Counted from the first letter of the stretch, positions 1-9,447 are shown. The stretch: 32,000 nt of DNA from Nostoc punctiforme PCC 73102 (GCF_000020025.1 NC_010628.1:3960001-3992000), one strand, 5' to 3'. Notes: a model not told the origin generated them from the letters alone. Numbers and translations are program-made.

Positions 1-12
1 TCAATATGACCT

Positions 13-618
13 ATGAAACCAAAAGATAAATATCATCACGGTAATTTACGTAACAAATTAATTGCAATTGCAACAGAACTTCTGTCAGAAGAAGGCGCTC
101 ATAGTTTGAGTTTGCGGAAGATTTCTCAAAGAGCAGGAGTCAGTCATAACGCTCCTTATATGCACTTTGCAGATAAAGAGGCGGTTTTAGCAGCGATCGC
201 AGAAGAAGGTTTTCGGTTGCTGTCAGCGCAAGTAGAAACAGCAGTAGATAAAGTTAATCAAAATACTAAGCAGCAGTTAATTGCCGCTAGTAGTGCATAC
301 GTTAATTTCGCATTACAGCATTCAAATCATTTACAAGTAATGTTCTGTTACTACAATCGAGAGAAATATCCGAGTTTGATCGAGGTTTCACAGGCATCCC
401 TAGATCAATTATTCAAAATTGTCCAAGCAGGACAGAAAGACGGAACGCTGATTGCAGGCAATCCTCACGAAATAACTAAAACAATTTGGGCATTGGTACA
501 TGGCGTAGCAGCGATTTCTATTGCTTATGAATCAAAGATTCTACTTCCAGAAAAAAATTCAGCACAAGAGGTAGTATCAACGTTTGTGACGCTGTTGCTG
601 AATGGATTAGCCAGATGA
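13..618 (+). CDS. TetR/AcrR-family transcriptional regulator
   Basis: 201-aa ORF. The N-terminal HTH region (GNLRNKLIAIATELLSEEGAHSLSLRKISQRAGVSHNAPYMHFADKEAVL) matches the TetR_N signature. The helical C-terminal half fits a ligand-binding domain. Confidence 0.85.
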   Translation: MKPKDKYHHGNLRNKLIAIATELLSEEGAHSLSLRKISQRAGVSHNAPYMHFADKEAVLAAIAEEGFRLLSAQVETAVDKVNQNTKQQLIAASSAYVNFALQHSNHLQVMFCYYNREKYPSLIEVSQASLDQLFKIVQAGQKDGTLIAGNPHEITKTIWALVHGVAAISIAYESKILLPEKNSAQEVVSTFVTLLLNGLAR

Positions 619-764
619 AGTAACCAACCCAGGGCAAACGCATCTAAATTACTCTTGATCGCAACGAAGTTAAGAACCAACGAAAAAATCAGGATTTCGA
701 GTTTGATTATTAGACATGTCCTTAAAACAATCATTGGCGTTGCTGAATGAAGGGATGAATTGAT

Positions 765-1265
765 TTATAAAAGTATGGTTTGATACTTCAAGTAGTGGAG
801 TAATAATTTAATTGAGTATCTCAGCATTTGTTCTGATTTGGAATAACATAAAGTTTTGCGATGAAGGCGTGCAAGATAATGTCTAAGCCTTGTATTTTCA
901 TTTTCTACCCGCGTCATATATGTTTTACTCACAATTTGGTCTCCATCGGGAATAAAACTGGGGTAAACCTTCCAGCCATCAGTTACATAGAAATAGCATT
1001 TCCACTTTTCAATATTTTCCCAAAGTGGCTTAAAAGTTTCAGCTACTTCGACTTCGCTCAGTACAAGACTATGGTCTCCTAAAACCCAAGCTAAAATACC
1101 TTGAGTAAAGTGGTTTACTGCTGTCCACAGCCAAATTTTGTTTTTTTTGACCCAACAAATGTCTCTAATTCATCTAGTTCTCCCACTTCTGGAATCACAT
1201 TTTCTTCCGGGACATCTGGCAGTTTCTCGCCCATTTGTTTCACCCAGAAAATAATAGTTGTATGA
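765..1265 (-). mobile_element. IS1-family transposase remnant, 5'-truncated and frameshifted at an A8 run
   Basis: My minus-strand translation reads ..RSCHTTIIFWVKQMGEKLPDVPEENVIPEVGELDELETFVGSKK|NKIWLWTAVNHFTQGILAWVLGDHS..FYVTDGWKVYPSF..KTYMTRVENENTRLRHYLARLHRKTLCYSKSEQML..*. It is collinear with E. coli IS1 InsB ([21 protein letters not shown] .. MTDGWPLY .. [26 protein letters not shown]). It is missing from the ORF track because the frame breaks at 1141-1148. The N-terminal part is cut off by the neighbouring IS at about 1266. Confidence 0.7.
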
Positions 1266-2718
1266 CAAGACCTTTGCCAAATTACGAGGGTTCAACGCCT
1301 GTGGAAACGGGATGAACACGTCCCAGGTAAGTAAGCGTTGCAAAAATTTGTGCTAATAAAATAGGCTTAGGCTTTTGAGGAAGTATTTTTAACATTTCAC
1401 GGACATATCGAAAACCACGGTAATAAGCTTTCAGGTCAATAATGCCAGAACCAGGATTATGTTTACGGAAATCAGCCAGAAGATGATGGGATAAATTAAC
1501 CATGAAGAAGGCCAGATTAGCAGCATTAGTCACAGCAGTCTGGCTCAAATTCATAAAATCTTCTAAACCCCAAAATTGCTTGGCATCACGGAAGTTAAAT
1601 TCGATTTGAAAATGGAGTTTGTAGTAATCTATTATTTTGTCAAATGATAAATCTAAGCCACTGGAAAAGAGAATTACATGGTTGCGAGCATTGGTTTTAA
1701 GATTAGTTTTGACCAAAATAACTACATTCAGAGGCTGGGAAAATTCTTTGTGAAGAAGAGTAGCTTGATAAATATCAGTTTTAATTTCATCCTCAATAGC
1801 ACTTTTACATAAATATTTGTCAGGTAGATTACGATAATCTAGCTTGTCGCCGTATTGACGACGGGAGCGTTTACTGGAGTCAGGATTTTCATAAGGGACG
1901 TATAATGCTGAATCATGGCGCAACTTGGAAATTATATGCAAGTTAACTTGTCGTGCCATCCGCAAAGCATTGTTGTTACCAAAATGACCATCTACTACCA
2001 AGTACGTCAAAGGGATAAAGTTAGCTACTAGCTCGAATAGTGAGTTAATCATCTTTTTAATTAGTAATAGTTCAGATGTTAATATCACTTCAGTTTTGTT
2101 TTTGTTTTTACTGCCTTTTGGTCTTCCCCTTCCACGTTTCTCTTGAGATTTTATTTTTTTGATTGCTCTGGTGCTATTGATTTGGGTATCACTTTTGATT
2201 GCCTGTTCTATCCTAATAGGAAATGACTGTCTCTCTGACACGGTTACTAATGACAATACGAAGAAAGATAAACCATTAATTGGTTTACTGACCAGGCTAG
2301 AAAAAAATCTATCTACCCCGTATGTTTGCTTACCTGATTTACTAACTACAACTTCATCTCCTGCAAGCAAATATACATCCTGCTCTCGCCACAAATGTTT
2401 ACGAAAAAACAGCCAAAACAATGTTGCCCAAGGTATTACTGTATGAAAGAACCTCAACATTGTCCGATAACTACCACCCATTTCTGCCCACCGGGATATT
2501 CCCAACATTGTGATTCGCCCATTCATCGCTAACATGGCCTGTATTATCTGGTTCAACTGCCGCATCGTTGTGGCGTTTATCTGCGGTAGAAGACATTGCA
2601 ATAGTGATAAGATGTCGGGCATGGGCGGCTAGTAGTTTCTGAGTTGTCGTTGTGAGAGACAATAACTCTACTACGAAACGCCCTGCCTCTTCATGCTCTT
2701 ATTTTGGCAACGGTATTG
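1266..2718 (-). mobile_element. IS4-family-type insertion sequence (~1.45 kb) with imperfect terminal inverted repeats
   Basis: The terminal IRs are CAAGACCTTTGCCAAATTA (1266-1284) and the reverse complement of TTATTTTGGCAACGGTATTG (2699-2718), about 16 of 19 positions matching. They enclose a single 446-aa transposase ORF. Boundaries are good to a few bp. Confidence 0.7.
1282..2622 (-). CDS. DDE transposase, IS4 family-like
   Basis: Intact 446-aa ORF. It carries the motif LLAGDEVVVSKSGKQTYGVDRFF and a C-terminal YKLHFQIEFNFRDAK that fits the IS4 Y-(2)-R-(3)-E-(6)-K signature with R replaced by H. The basic linker KRGRGRPKGSKNK is also present. Confidence 0.8.
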   Translation of the reverse strand: MPDILSLLQCLLPQINATTMRQLNQIIQAMLAMNGRITMLGISRWAEMGGSYRTMLRFFHTVIPWATLFWLFFRKHLWREQDVYLLAGDEVVVSKSGKQTYGVDRFFSSLVSKPINGLSFFVLSLVTVSERQSFPIRIEQAIKSDTQINSTRAIKKIKSQEKRGRGRPKGSKNKNKTEVILTSELLLIKKMINSLFELVANFIPLTYLVVDGHFGNNNALRMARQVNLHIISKLRHDSALYVPYENPDSSKRSRRQYGDKLDYRNLPDKYLCKSAIEDEIKTDIYQATLLHKEFSQPLNVVILVKTNLKTNARNHVILFSSGLDLSFDKIIDYYKLHFQIEFNFRDAKQFWGLEDFMNLSQTAVTNAANLAFFMVNLSHHLLADFRKHNPGSGIIDLKAYYRGFRYVREMLKILPQKPKPILLAQIFATLTYLGRVHPVSTGVEPS

Positions 2719-2720
2719 AT

Positions 2721-2770
2721 CTATGGCGCTACTTTTTACGCAACTGCTTCCCAGGGTAAAATCCAGGCAC
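2721..2770 (-). pseudogene. 3'-terminal fragment of a second HU-like gene
   Basis: The minus strand reads VPGFYPGKQLRKK(V)AP* once one base is restored in a 5-nt homopolymer. Compare IPAFSAGKQFKEKVAP* at the end of the intact HU gene. The 19 nt ATCTATGGCGCTACTTTTT are identical at 2719-2737 and 3316-3334. Confidence 0.45.
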
Positions 2771-2777
2771 TATCTAA

Positions 2778-2816
2778 TAATTACTAATTCGTAATTCGTA
2801 ATTAATTCATAATTGT
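2778..2816. repeat. Heptamer tandem repeat (TAATTCG-like, STRR-type)
   Basis: The units are taattac taattcg taattcg taattaa, followed by further TAATT units. Confidence 0.6.
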
Positions 2817-3317
2817 GTAACTATCAGAATAGTTGTAAAAACCTTAAAGTTAAACAATTTTCTCCATGCGCTCGTTACTCTTTCAAAACTTAAAGCTGAC
2901 TATTCCTACAGCTTTATTATTTACGGTTCTTGGATATATTCTAAGTCTATTTCTGAGTTTTCTTACCAATCCACAAGCAGCAAGATGGCAATTCCATCTA
3001 GAATTCGGGCCTGAACCCTAAAACCTTCATGAGCTTGCAATTTTTCAAACTCAGGCAGCATTCTCCGGTACAGCGCTCGGAATTCTAATAGCTCAAACAA
3101 CTTTTTTTGTATATGTAAGTAAATTTGGACTCAGCAATCGTAGCACTAAGCAGTAATCGTAAGCGATGTCACTCGGCTTGCCGCTTGCGCGTCTACGCCA
3201 TCTGCAACATCCACAATTTCACACTCACATTCCCCCTGTCATTGCCATACCCTGTCTTTATAACAGCGATTGCTATAGCTTTGGAGTGATTGAATTGCTA
3301 CTGGTAAAGCAATTCAT

Positions 3318-3593
3318 CTATGGCGCTACTTTTTCTTTAAACTGTTTACCAGCAGAAAACGCAGGTATTCTGGTAGCCGGAATCGTCATTGTCTCCTGGG
3401 TTTTGGGATTACGCCCTTCACGCTCGGCACGTTCGCGTCGCTCGAATGAGCCAAAGCCAATCAGCGTTACCTTTTCACCATTGGCTACAGCTTCGGTAAC
3501 AACTGACAAAAAAGCACTGATGACTTCATCAGCTTGCTTTTTTGTGATGTTGGTCTTTGTTGCGACAGCATCCACTAATTCGCCTTTGTTCAT
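3318..3593 (-). CDS. hup: HU family nucleoid DNA-binding protein
   Basis: 91 aa: MNKGELVDAVATKTNITKKQADEVISAFLSVVTEAVANGEKVTLIGFGSFERRERAEREGRNPKTQETMTIPATRIPAFSAGKQFKEKVAP, a canonical HU/IHF fold signature. I moved the start to the MNKGEL methionine, which is the typical HU N-terminus. The track ORF begins 7 codons upstream. Confidence 0.9.
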   Translation of the reverse strand: MNKGELVDAVATKTNITKKQADEVISAFLSVVTEAVANGEKVTLIGFGSFERRERAEREGRNPKTQETMTIPATRIPAFSAGKQFKEKVAP

Positions 3594-3970
3594 AAATAAA
3601 TCGCCCTGAAACATTGCAAGTAAACGAAATCTAGCATTATTACCTCTTATTCATAAAGGGGAAATGGAATAATTTTTTAGCAACACGCGAAAATTAACAA
3701 TGCACAACGACTATTACTGTGTTGATTTGGCGCGATAGATCATTACCATTTCGTTTCCCTAAATGTTTGACTGTTGTAACTGTTGCACTTTCGGTTAGAT
3801 AAATCCACTTTCATATTCAGTCAAAAGAGATAGGATATCTATCCATAGGTACTACAAAACAGCTAGGAAACGTTCAATAGGCAATCGACATTTGGTTCCT
3901 CTGGCAGCGATCACAGTATATAAGTGCGATGCTTCAATTCACCACGGCTTTTTGCCAAGCTATATAGTCT

Positions 3971-4438
3971 TTACCGTCCTGTTTCACCTATCTGATCTGC
4001 ATCGTCTGCTACTCCATTACGAAAGCGTACTTCTAAGCCGTGTTCTGGGTCCCAGTCACACCCAGCTATCAACTTAAAGGTAGCAATATCTAGGTCATAC
4101 TCCACATAGATATATGAGAAAGTGACCTGATCCCAGACCTGAATCGGATTAGGCAACACAGGCATTGACTCATCTCCAATCATGTCACGATATACATCAT
4201 AATTTTGCAGCACCAGAGGAGCAGTGACGTGTAAAACATCAGGTGACAAGGCTAGAGCTTGCCGAATAGCTTCACGCTGAAGTGATGAAAGTTCCCCAAT
4301 TTGCCCCTGTTCAAAATCCACACAAATCCGTACACGGCGATCGCCCAAAACAGCACATTGTGCTAAAGTCCAATAGTTATCTTCCAATATAATCTGTCCA
4401 AACTCAGCATCGTAATAACTTCTTGGGGATTCCATCAT
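3971..4438 (-). CDS. Hypothetical protein with a C-terminal CDWDPEHGLEV motif (possibly DUF6985-like)
   Basis: Intact 155-aa ORF. The CxWDxEHG motif near the C-terminus recalls small immunity-type families. I recall the family name only loosely. Confidence 0.55.
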   Translation of the reverse strand: MMESPRSYYDAEFGQIILEDNYWTLAQCAVLGDRRVRICVDFEQGQIGELSSLQREAIRQALALSPDVLHVTAPLVLQNYDVYRDMIGDESMPVLPNPIQVWDQVTFSYIYVEYDLDIATFKLIAGCDWDPEHGLEVRFRNGVADDADQIGETGR

Positions 4439-4616
4439 CTTCAGATACTACCTTTATTCTGGGCTTCCCTAGCAACTCCAAAAACTAGTGAAAATTTTAC
4501 TTTGAAATTAGTCGTACTTTTTAAACGAGAATATCGATAGTTAAAGTTAAGTTCTGTATCCCTAACCAGCTTCTCCTTTTAGAAGTTCCCATTCATCCAA
4601 AATAGCGCAAATGCAG

Positions 4617-5684
4617 TTATTTAATTTGCCAAATATGTATAATGCTATCCTCATTGCTACTAACGAGGGTTTTACCATCCAAACTCAAAGCAAGCCCTAA
4701 AACCGAACTGGAACCATCCCTCGATGTGTGCAATAGTTTTAAAGTCTCTAAGCTCCACATTTTAATAGTGCCATCATAATTGCCGCAGATCAGAATTTTT
4801 CCATTGGGGCTAATCACAAGAGATTCAACTGAACTAAAATTATCAGCAAACTCATGCAGCAGTTTTCCAGTTTGAAGATTCCATAACTTCAGGGTACTAA
4901 TTGCACGATTTCGAGAAACTAGCTGACCAAAACTACCAGTAACAAGCTTTTTGCTATCTGGAGTAATGGCAATAGCATCAACTCCAGTTTTGTGTCCTTT
5001 GAGAATATGGCGTGTTTTTTTGGTTTGTAAATCAATCAGCCTAATTGTATTATCATCGCCACCCCCAGCACTTACAAGGGTTTGCATATCAGGGCTAAAT
5101 GCAACTTTACTCACAAATCCTGAGTGTGTAGTAATGGTATCAAGCAGCTTAAGCGTGTGTAAATCCCAAAGCTTGATTGTATAATCGTCACTACCACTAG
5201 CAATCAATTTACCATCTGAACTAATCGCAACAGTTTCTACTGGTTGGGTATGCCCACTGTCGCCCTTAAGCATAAGGAAACTGCGTAAATCCCAAACCTT
5301 CATTGTTGGGGTGCTTATCCCACCAGTTACAATTCGCTTGCCATCTGGACTAATCGCAATTGAAGTAACACCATCTGAGTGAGCGTCTAAACTACGCAAC
5401 AATTTCCCAGTACGTAAATTCCAGAATTTAATTGTATCATCTCTACCTGCACTAATCAGGGTTTGCCCCGAAGAGCTAATCGCAACTGCTCGAACACCAA
5501 AAGTCACTTTTTTATGCCCAGTCAGTGTGTGAACAAGTTGAATCTGTGGTTGTAACTGAGTAATTGTACTCTTGTCTATGGGAAAATTTGAACTAGAAGA
5601 ATGTACATCAATGACAGTGATATTTACTGCAATCGCTAAAACTATAATGACTGGTCTGGATTTGAGAAAATTCAATAATTTCAT
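4617..5684 (-). CDS. WD40-repeat beta-propeller protein with N-terminal signal/anchor
   Basis: About 7-8 WD40 units are visible (SGSDDYTIKLWDL, GRDDTIKFWNL, GGDDNTIRLIDL, NYDGTIKMWSL, SNEDSIIHIWQI). I placed the start at MKLLNFLKSRPVIIVLAIAVNITVI, a hydrophobic signal-like segment. The track ORF starts 20 codons upstream. Confidence 0.85.
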   Translation of the reverse strand: MKLLNFLKSRPVIIVLAIAVNITVIDVHSSSSNFPIDKSTITQLQPQIQLVHTLTGHKKVTFGVRAVAISSSGQTLISAGRDDTIKFWNLRTGKLLRSLDAHSDGVTSIAISPDGKRIVTGGISTPTMKVWDLRSFLMLKGDSGHTQPVETVAISSDGKLIASGSDDYTIKLWDLHTLKLLDTITTHSGFVSKVAFSPDMQTLVSAGGGDDNTIRLIDLQTKKTRHILKGHKTGVDAIAITPDSKKLVTGSFGQLVSRNRAISTLKLWNLQTGKLLHEFADNFSSVESLVISPNGKILICGNYDGTIKMWSLETLKLLHTSRDGSSSVLGLALSLDGKTLVSSNEDSIIHIWQIK

Positions 5685-5839
5685 GGTGCCCAGGAATGCA
5701 ATTACATAACATGGTTCCCATTTGATGGACGCAATCGCACCCAATCTGATAGACTACGGTCAAACACTGGGTATAAGTTAATAATCTAAATACGGTTTCC
5801 TAGTGATTAGAAAAATTATCATTTATCATTGTTTCAATC

Positions 5840-6212
5840 ATGAATGACCAGCAATTATTTAACGAGCGTCTGGCTGTGTTGGCGACAATGCACCAAAAAG
5901 AAAATGTAATTGCTCCACTATTATTGAGACAGATATGCGGGCAATGTATAATCCCACTCGGATGAAAAATATTGCAAAAGCTACCCATAATTTACTCAAT
6001 AAAATTAGCAGTTGTTGCCCTAAATGTAATATCCCTGGTTTTGAAATAACTGAAATAATTCAGGGATTACCCGGTGAATTTTGTCATATCCCAACCACTT
6101 TACCACTGACCGCAATTTCTCAATTAAAAAATGTGGTTTTAATCAAGAGAAACTATTTCCTAATGGTATGAAATTTGCCAATCCAGCCCAATGTATGTAC
6201 TGTAATCCGTAG
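5840..6212 (+). pseudogene. Gene remnant (recalls the DUF6671 family) with a large internal deletion and a frameshift
   Basis: Three collinear pieces lie in three frames: MNDQQLFNERLAVLATMHQKENVIAPLL, then (ETD)MRAMYNPTRMKNIAKATHNLLNKISSCCPKCNIPGFEITE..TTLPLTAISQ, then KKCGFNQEKLFPNGMKFANPAQCMYCNP*. Most of the central protein is absent. The last frame change sits at an A6 run (6126-6131). Confidence 0.45.
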
Positions 6213-6511
6213 GGTATCTCTATAGGAGGAGGATTTGGTCAGAATTGGGATTGCTGGAGGTGCGTAGCTTACCGCCGTAGACATGGCATCCATTACTTAA
6301 CGGGTAATTTAATTAGTCAGGCTTATCATCTGATGATGCTGTTTTAACCCAAATAGCAGGTGAGTTTGACAAATAAATCCAGTTTTATCATCAAGTTAAA
6401 GATAAATTAACCCAAGTATAAACTATACTAAATTATCAAATTTATGCCAAATGTCATCCTCATTTTCCAACAATGAAACAATATAGTATTAAACTTGTTT
6501 ATGCTAAATAT

Positions 6512-7908
6512 TTAACCCTCTTGTGTCACTATCGCGGTAGTATAATAATGTACAAAGCCTAGAACCAAGACATAAAGCATGGTAGAGCCTCGTTCACCCA
6601 TAAAAACCGTCAAGTTTGTGGATGAATATTGCTTATGGTATAAAAACCTGTTTTCAGATGTTAGGAATTTTGAAGCTTTCAAATATCTACATATAGGATG
6701 TATTTCCGATTTAAAACGGAAAAGTCTACCTGAAATAGCGAAAATTGTCGGGCTAGATAACTATCAAGGACTACATCATTTCTTAACTACACCATCATGG
6801 TCAGTAGAACAGTTAAGAGCTTTGCGATTACAACTAATTTTAGAGGTACTAAAAGGAAGACCAATCATTTTAATTATTGATGAAACAGGAGATAAAAAGA
6901 AAGGTAATACCACAGATTATGTGAAACGTCAGTACATAGGCAATTTAGGAAAAGTAGAGAATGGCGTTGTGGCAGTCACAGCTTACGGTATGTTCTGTGG
7001 AATGACATTTCCACTGCTGTTTGAAGTATACAAGCCACGAGAAAAATTAAAGCCAGGAGACAAATATCTTACTAAGCCTCAAATCGGGGCAATGCTAATA
7101 CGCAAGCTACAGTTAATGGGATTCAAATTCAACTTGGTACTAGCAGATAGCTTATATGGTGAGAGTAGCACAAATTTTATACCCGTATTAGATGAATTAG
7201 ATTTAAATTATTTAGTAGCAATTCGCTCAAACCATTCTGTAGCATTGCTTAAAGGTCAGTATACTCAATATTTAAACTGGCATAAGTTTAAAAGAGTATT
7301 CTCTGACTTAAGTAGTGAGAATCGGTTTATTAGAGAAATAATACATGGCAAACGTAGCAATCATAGGTATTGGCAAATTACTACAGACACTCTTAACTTA
7401 CCTGGAAACTCTACCTGGTATGTAATGAGTAAATACCCAGACATTACACCAAGAGAAGTTGGGAATTTCTATGGCTTTAGGACATGGGTTGAGTATGGTT
7501 TAAAACAAAGTAAGAATCAGTTAGGTTGGGCAGATTATCGTTTTACTTGCTATGAAGATATTGAACGGTGGTGGGAGATTATTTGTAGCGCCTACTTAAT
7601 GGTTAGTCTTCATTCAGAATCTCTGCGCCCTTATCCCCTAGATTCTCAATCAACATTTGCTTCACATCAGAGGTGGGATAATGGTAAAGGTTGGAAGAAT
7701 ATTCTCAATAATCTCCGTCTCATCCTTCAACCTTTTACCCTATTTAATTTAATTCAGCCTTGGCTTTCAGTTTTTCCTATTCCTCATTTATCTTTGGGAT
7801 TTGCTAAACTCCAATCTGTTGTTTATTACCTTACCTATCCTACTTTTATATCCCTGACTGACCCTGATTTCTATTTTTCCTCTGCCTAAAGTGACACAAC
7901 AGGGTTAA
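6512..7908 (+). mobile_element. IS701-family-type insertion sequence (1397 bp)
   Basis: The 18-bp terminal IRs are TTAACCCTCTTGTGTCAC (6512-6529) and the reverse complement of GTGACACAACAGGGTTAA (7891-7908), 17/18 identical. They enclose one intact transposase gene. Confidence 0.85.
6579..7889 (+). CDS. IS701-family DDE transposase
   Basis: 436 aa. The motif LIIDETGDKKKGNTTDYVKRQYIGNLGKVENGVVAVTAYG is the classic IS701 DETG..KKG..RQY.G..GK pattern. YGFRTWVEYGLKQSK fits Y-(2)-R-(3)-E-(6)-K. Confidence 0.85.
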   Translation: MVEPRSPIKTVKFVDEYCLWYKNLFSDVRNFEAFKYLHIGCISDLKRKSLPEIAKIVGLDNYQGLHHFLTTPSWSVEQLRALRLQLILEVLKGRPIILIIDETGDKKKGNTTDYVKRQYIGNLGKVENGVVAVTAYGMFCGMTFPLLFEVYKPREKLKPGDKYLTKPQIGAMLIRKLQLMGFKFNLVLADSLYGESSTNFIPVLDELDLNYLVAIRSNHSVALLKGQYTQYLNWHKFKRVFSDLSSENRFIREIIHGKRSNHRYWQITTDTLNLPGNSTWYVMSKYPDITPREVGNFYGFRTWVEYGLKQSKNQLGWADYRFTCYEDIERWWEIICSAYLMVSLHSESLRPYPLDSQSTFASHQRWDNGKGWKNILNNLRLILQPFTLFNLIQPWLSVFPIPHLSLGFAKLQSVVYYLTYPTFISLTDPDFYFSSA

Positions 7909-7983
7909 TCTGATTTTTGACTAGGGAGAGTTGACGTTTAAAAAGAAGTAACACATTCAGGATGATTCTTTTTCTAGAACCAA

Positions 7984-8676
7984 TTACTGCTCAAGAGAAA
8001 TATTAGCCGAGTAGATATGCCATCTACGTTGCTTTGGAGTTGAGCCAGGAACATTATTGACTCGTCGCAGCTTATAGCTACCACGAAAACGCTGTGGAGT
8101 TCCATTGCTAGTAACACTCGTAACAGTAACGGGAATTTCAATATATAGCGAACCTGCTGCCCCTTCTAAAGAACCTGGTTTTCCGACTTCTTCAACAATG
8201 GATACGATGTTAGCAAAACCCTGCTGAAATTCCTCAAATGATTGCTTACTGGCAGTACCATCTCCATCCTAAGCCAAGTAAGCTTGTTTATAGTCTTGGC
8301 GAGGGATGGCATCGTAATAATCATGAATGAGTTGGACTGCTTGTTGTTCTTGGGACTGGTTTTTTACAGGATTTTGTGTGCTAGAGGTGGGTGGAGAAGA
8401 TGGATTAGAGGTGTCCGAAAAATTTGCCAATGTTAGGCGATTGGCAGATGCTAGTTGTGATGTAGCAGAGTTATTGCAAGCTGTAATGGACATAGCAAGC
8501 AATAAAACTCCAATGACTTTATAACGCTGTTTTAACCAAATATAAAAAGAAAGGTTGATATTCAACAAAGCTATCTCCTGTGGAATCTGCACTAGTAGCC
8601 TGATAAATTCAGCATACTTGAATTTATTGGTTACAGCCATTGACAAATTAAGATGAATAGTAATACTTTCAGCCAA
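7984..8676 (-). pseudogene. Lipoprotein-like gene interrupted by an in-frame TAG
   Basis: The upstream part carries a signal with a lipobox (VIGVLLLAMSITAC) and ends ..DYKQAYLA at a TAG at 8269-8271. The same frame then stays open for 95 more codons (DGDGTASKQSFEEFQQGFANIVSIVEEVGKPG..RFRGSYKLRRV..WHIYSANISLEQ*) to 7984. Confidence 0.5.
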
Positions 8677-8716
8677 TAAGCCCCTAGTGTGGGCGACGCT
8701 ATTTTTACCCCAATCT

Positions 8717-9447
8717 ATGAATCTTCAAGAAGTCAAAAATCAATTTCCAGAAGCAGTAGGTAAGATCGAGACACTTGAAAGACTAGGGTTCGCTTCCCGT
8801 AGTGGTAATTAGATTGATACCCTTGACTTTGAGAAAGCACAGACAGCTTGTTGGTTAGTCGGAAGAGCCGATAATGATCGAGACGCTGATGCCCTTATTC
8901 GTACTTTGTCTGGTCAACGTCGTGAATTATGGATCTTGCAGCAACTTCCCTCAGTCTCATCGCTACTGAGAGACACCTAAAATCTTTGTTGTCTATTCTG
9001 TCTATTAGTTCTGATCCCATACAGCGAAATAGCGTGGTGTATGCAATCTCTTTTCTGTCGAATTACCAAGGAAATCAGGAAGTTATTAGTACGCTGACCG
9101 AAGTAGCAGCAAACATTGCTGAGGCTCCTTTTATTAGAGCGCAAGCATTAGAAGGAATTGGCAATAAGCTCTCTCATGAGTTACCAGAAAATTTATATCA
9201 GCCAGCAGTGAATGTAATTATCCAAGGATTGGATGATACTGAAGCTGAAGTTAGGTTTTGGTCATGTTTTGCTGCCGGGGCCTTAGAAATTAAGGAGACT
9301 TTGCCCAAGCTGCAACTATTGGCGCAGACTGATAAAACAATCGTAGCTGGGTGGTGGTCTGTAGGTGAGGAAGCTGAAGATTCAGTTACTCTTATGACTG
9401 GAGGAGAACCACCACTGCGTAAACCATACAATTTACCTACCAATTAA
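8717..9447 (+). pseudogene. HEAT-repeat protein gene with an in-frame TAG and a frameshift
   Basis: The ORF starting at the 8717 ATG reads MNLQEVKNQFPEAVGKIETLERLGFASRSGN, then a TAG at 8810-8812. The same frame continues IDTLDFEKAQTACWLVGRADNDRDADALIRTLSGQRREL. A frame change near 8925 leads into the 172-aa track ORF (8929-9447), which has HEAT-like units (DDTEAEVRFWSCFAAGAL). Confidence 0.5.

Noticed and set aside
861-1082. 73-aa plus-strand ORF
   Set aside because: It is antisense to the IS1-type transposase remnant, whose minus-strand translation has clear family motifs.
2159-2662. ORFs 2159-2446 (+) and 2471-2662 (-)
   Set aside because: Both overlap the 446-aa transposase gene, either antisense or in another frame. 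The transposase reading is the supported one.
2866-3156. Hydrophobic 51-codon ORF followed in-frame, after a TAA at 3019-3021, by 44 more open codons. This may be another nonsense-disrupted membrane protein gene.
   Set aside because: The pieces are too short and I recognise no family. Open frames of this size arise by chance in AT-rich DNA. I did not call it a feature.
3166-3609. 147-aa plus-strand ORF
   Set aside because: It lies entirely antisense to the well-supported HU gene and its upstream region. The sequence is low-complexity with no motifs. I treat it as a shadow ORF.
4951-5184. 77-aa plus-strand ORF
   Set aside because: It is antisense to the WD40 gene.
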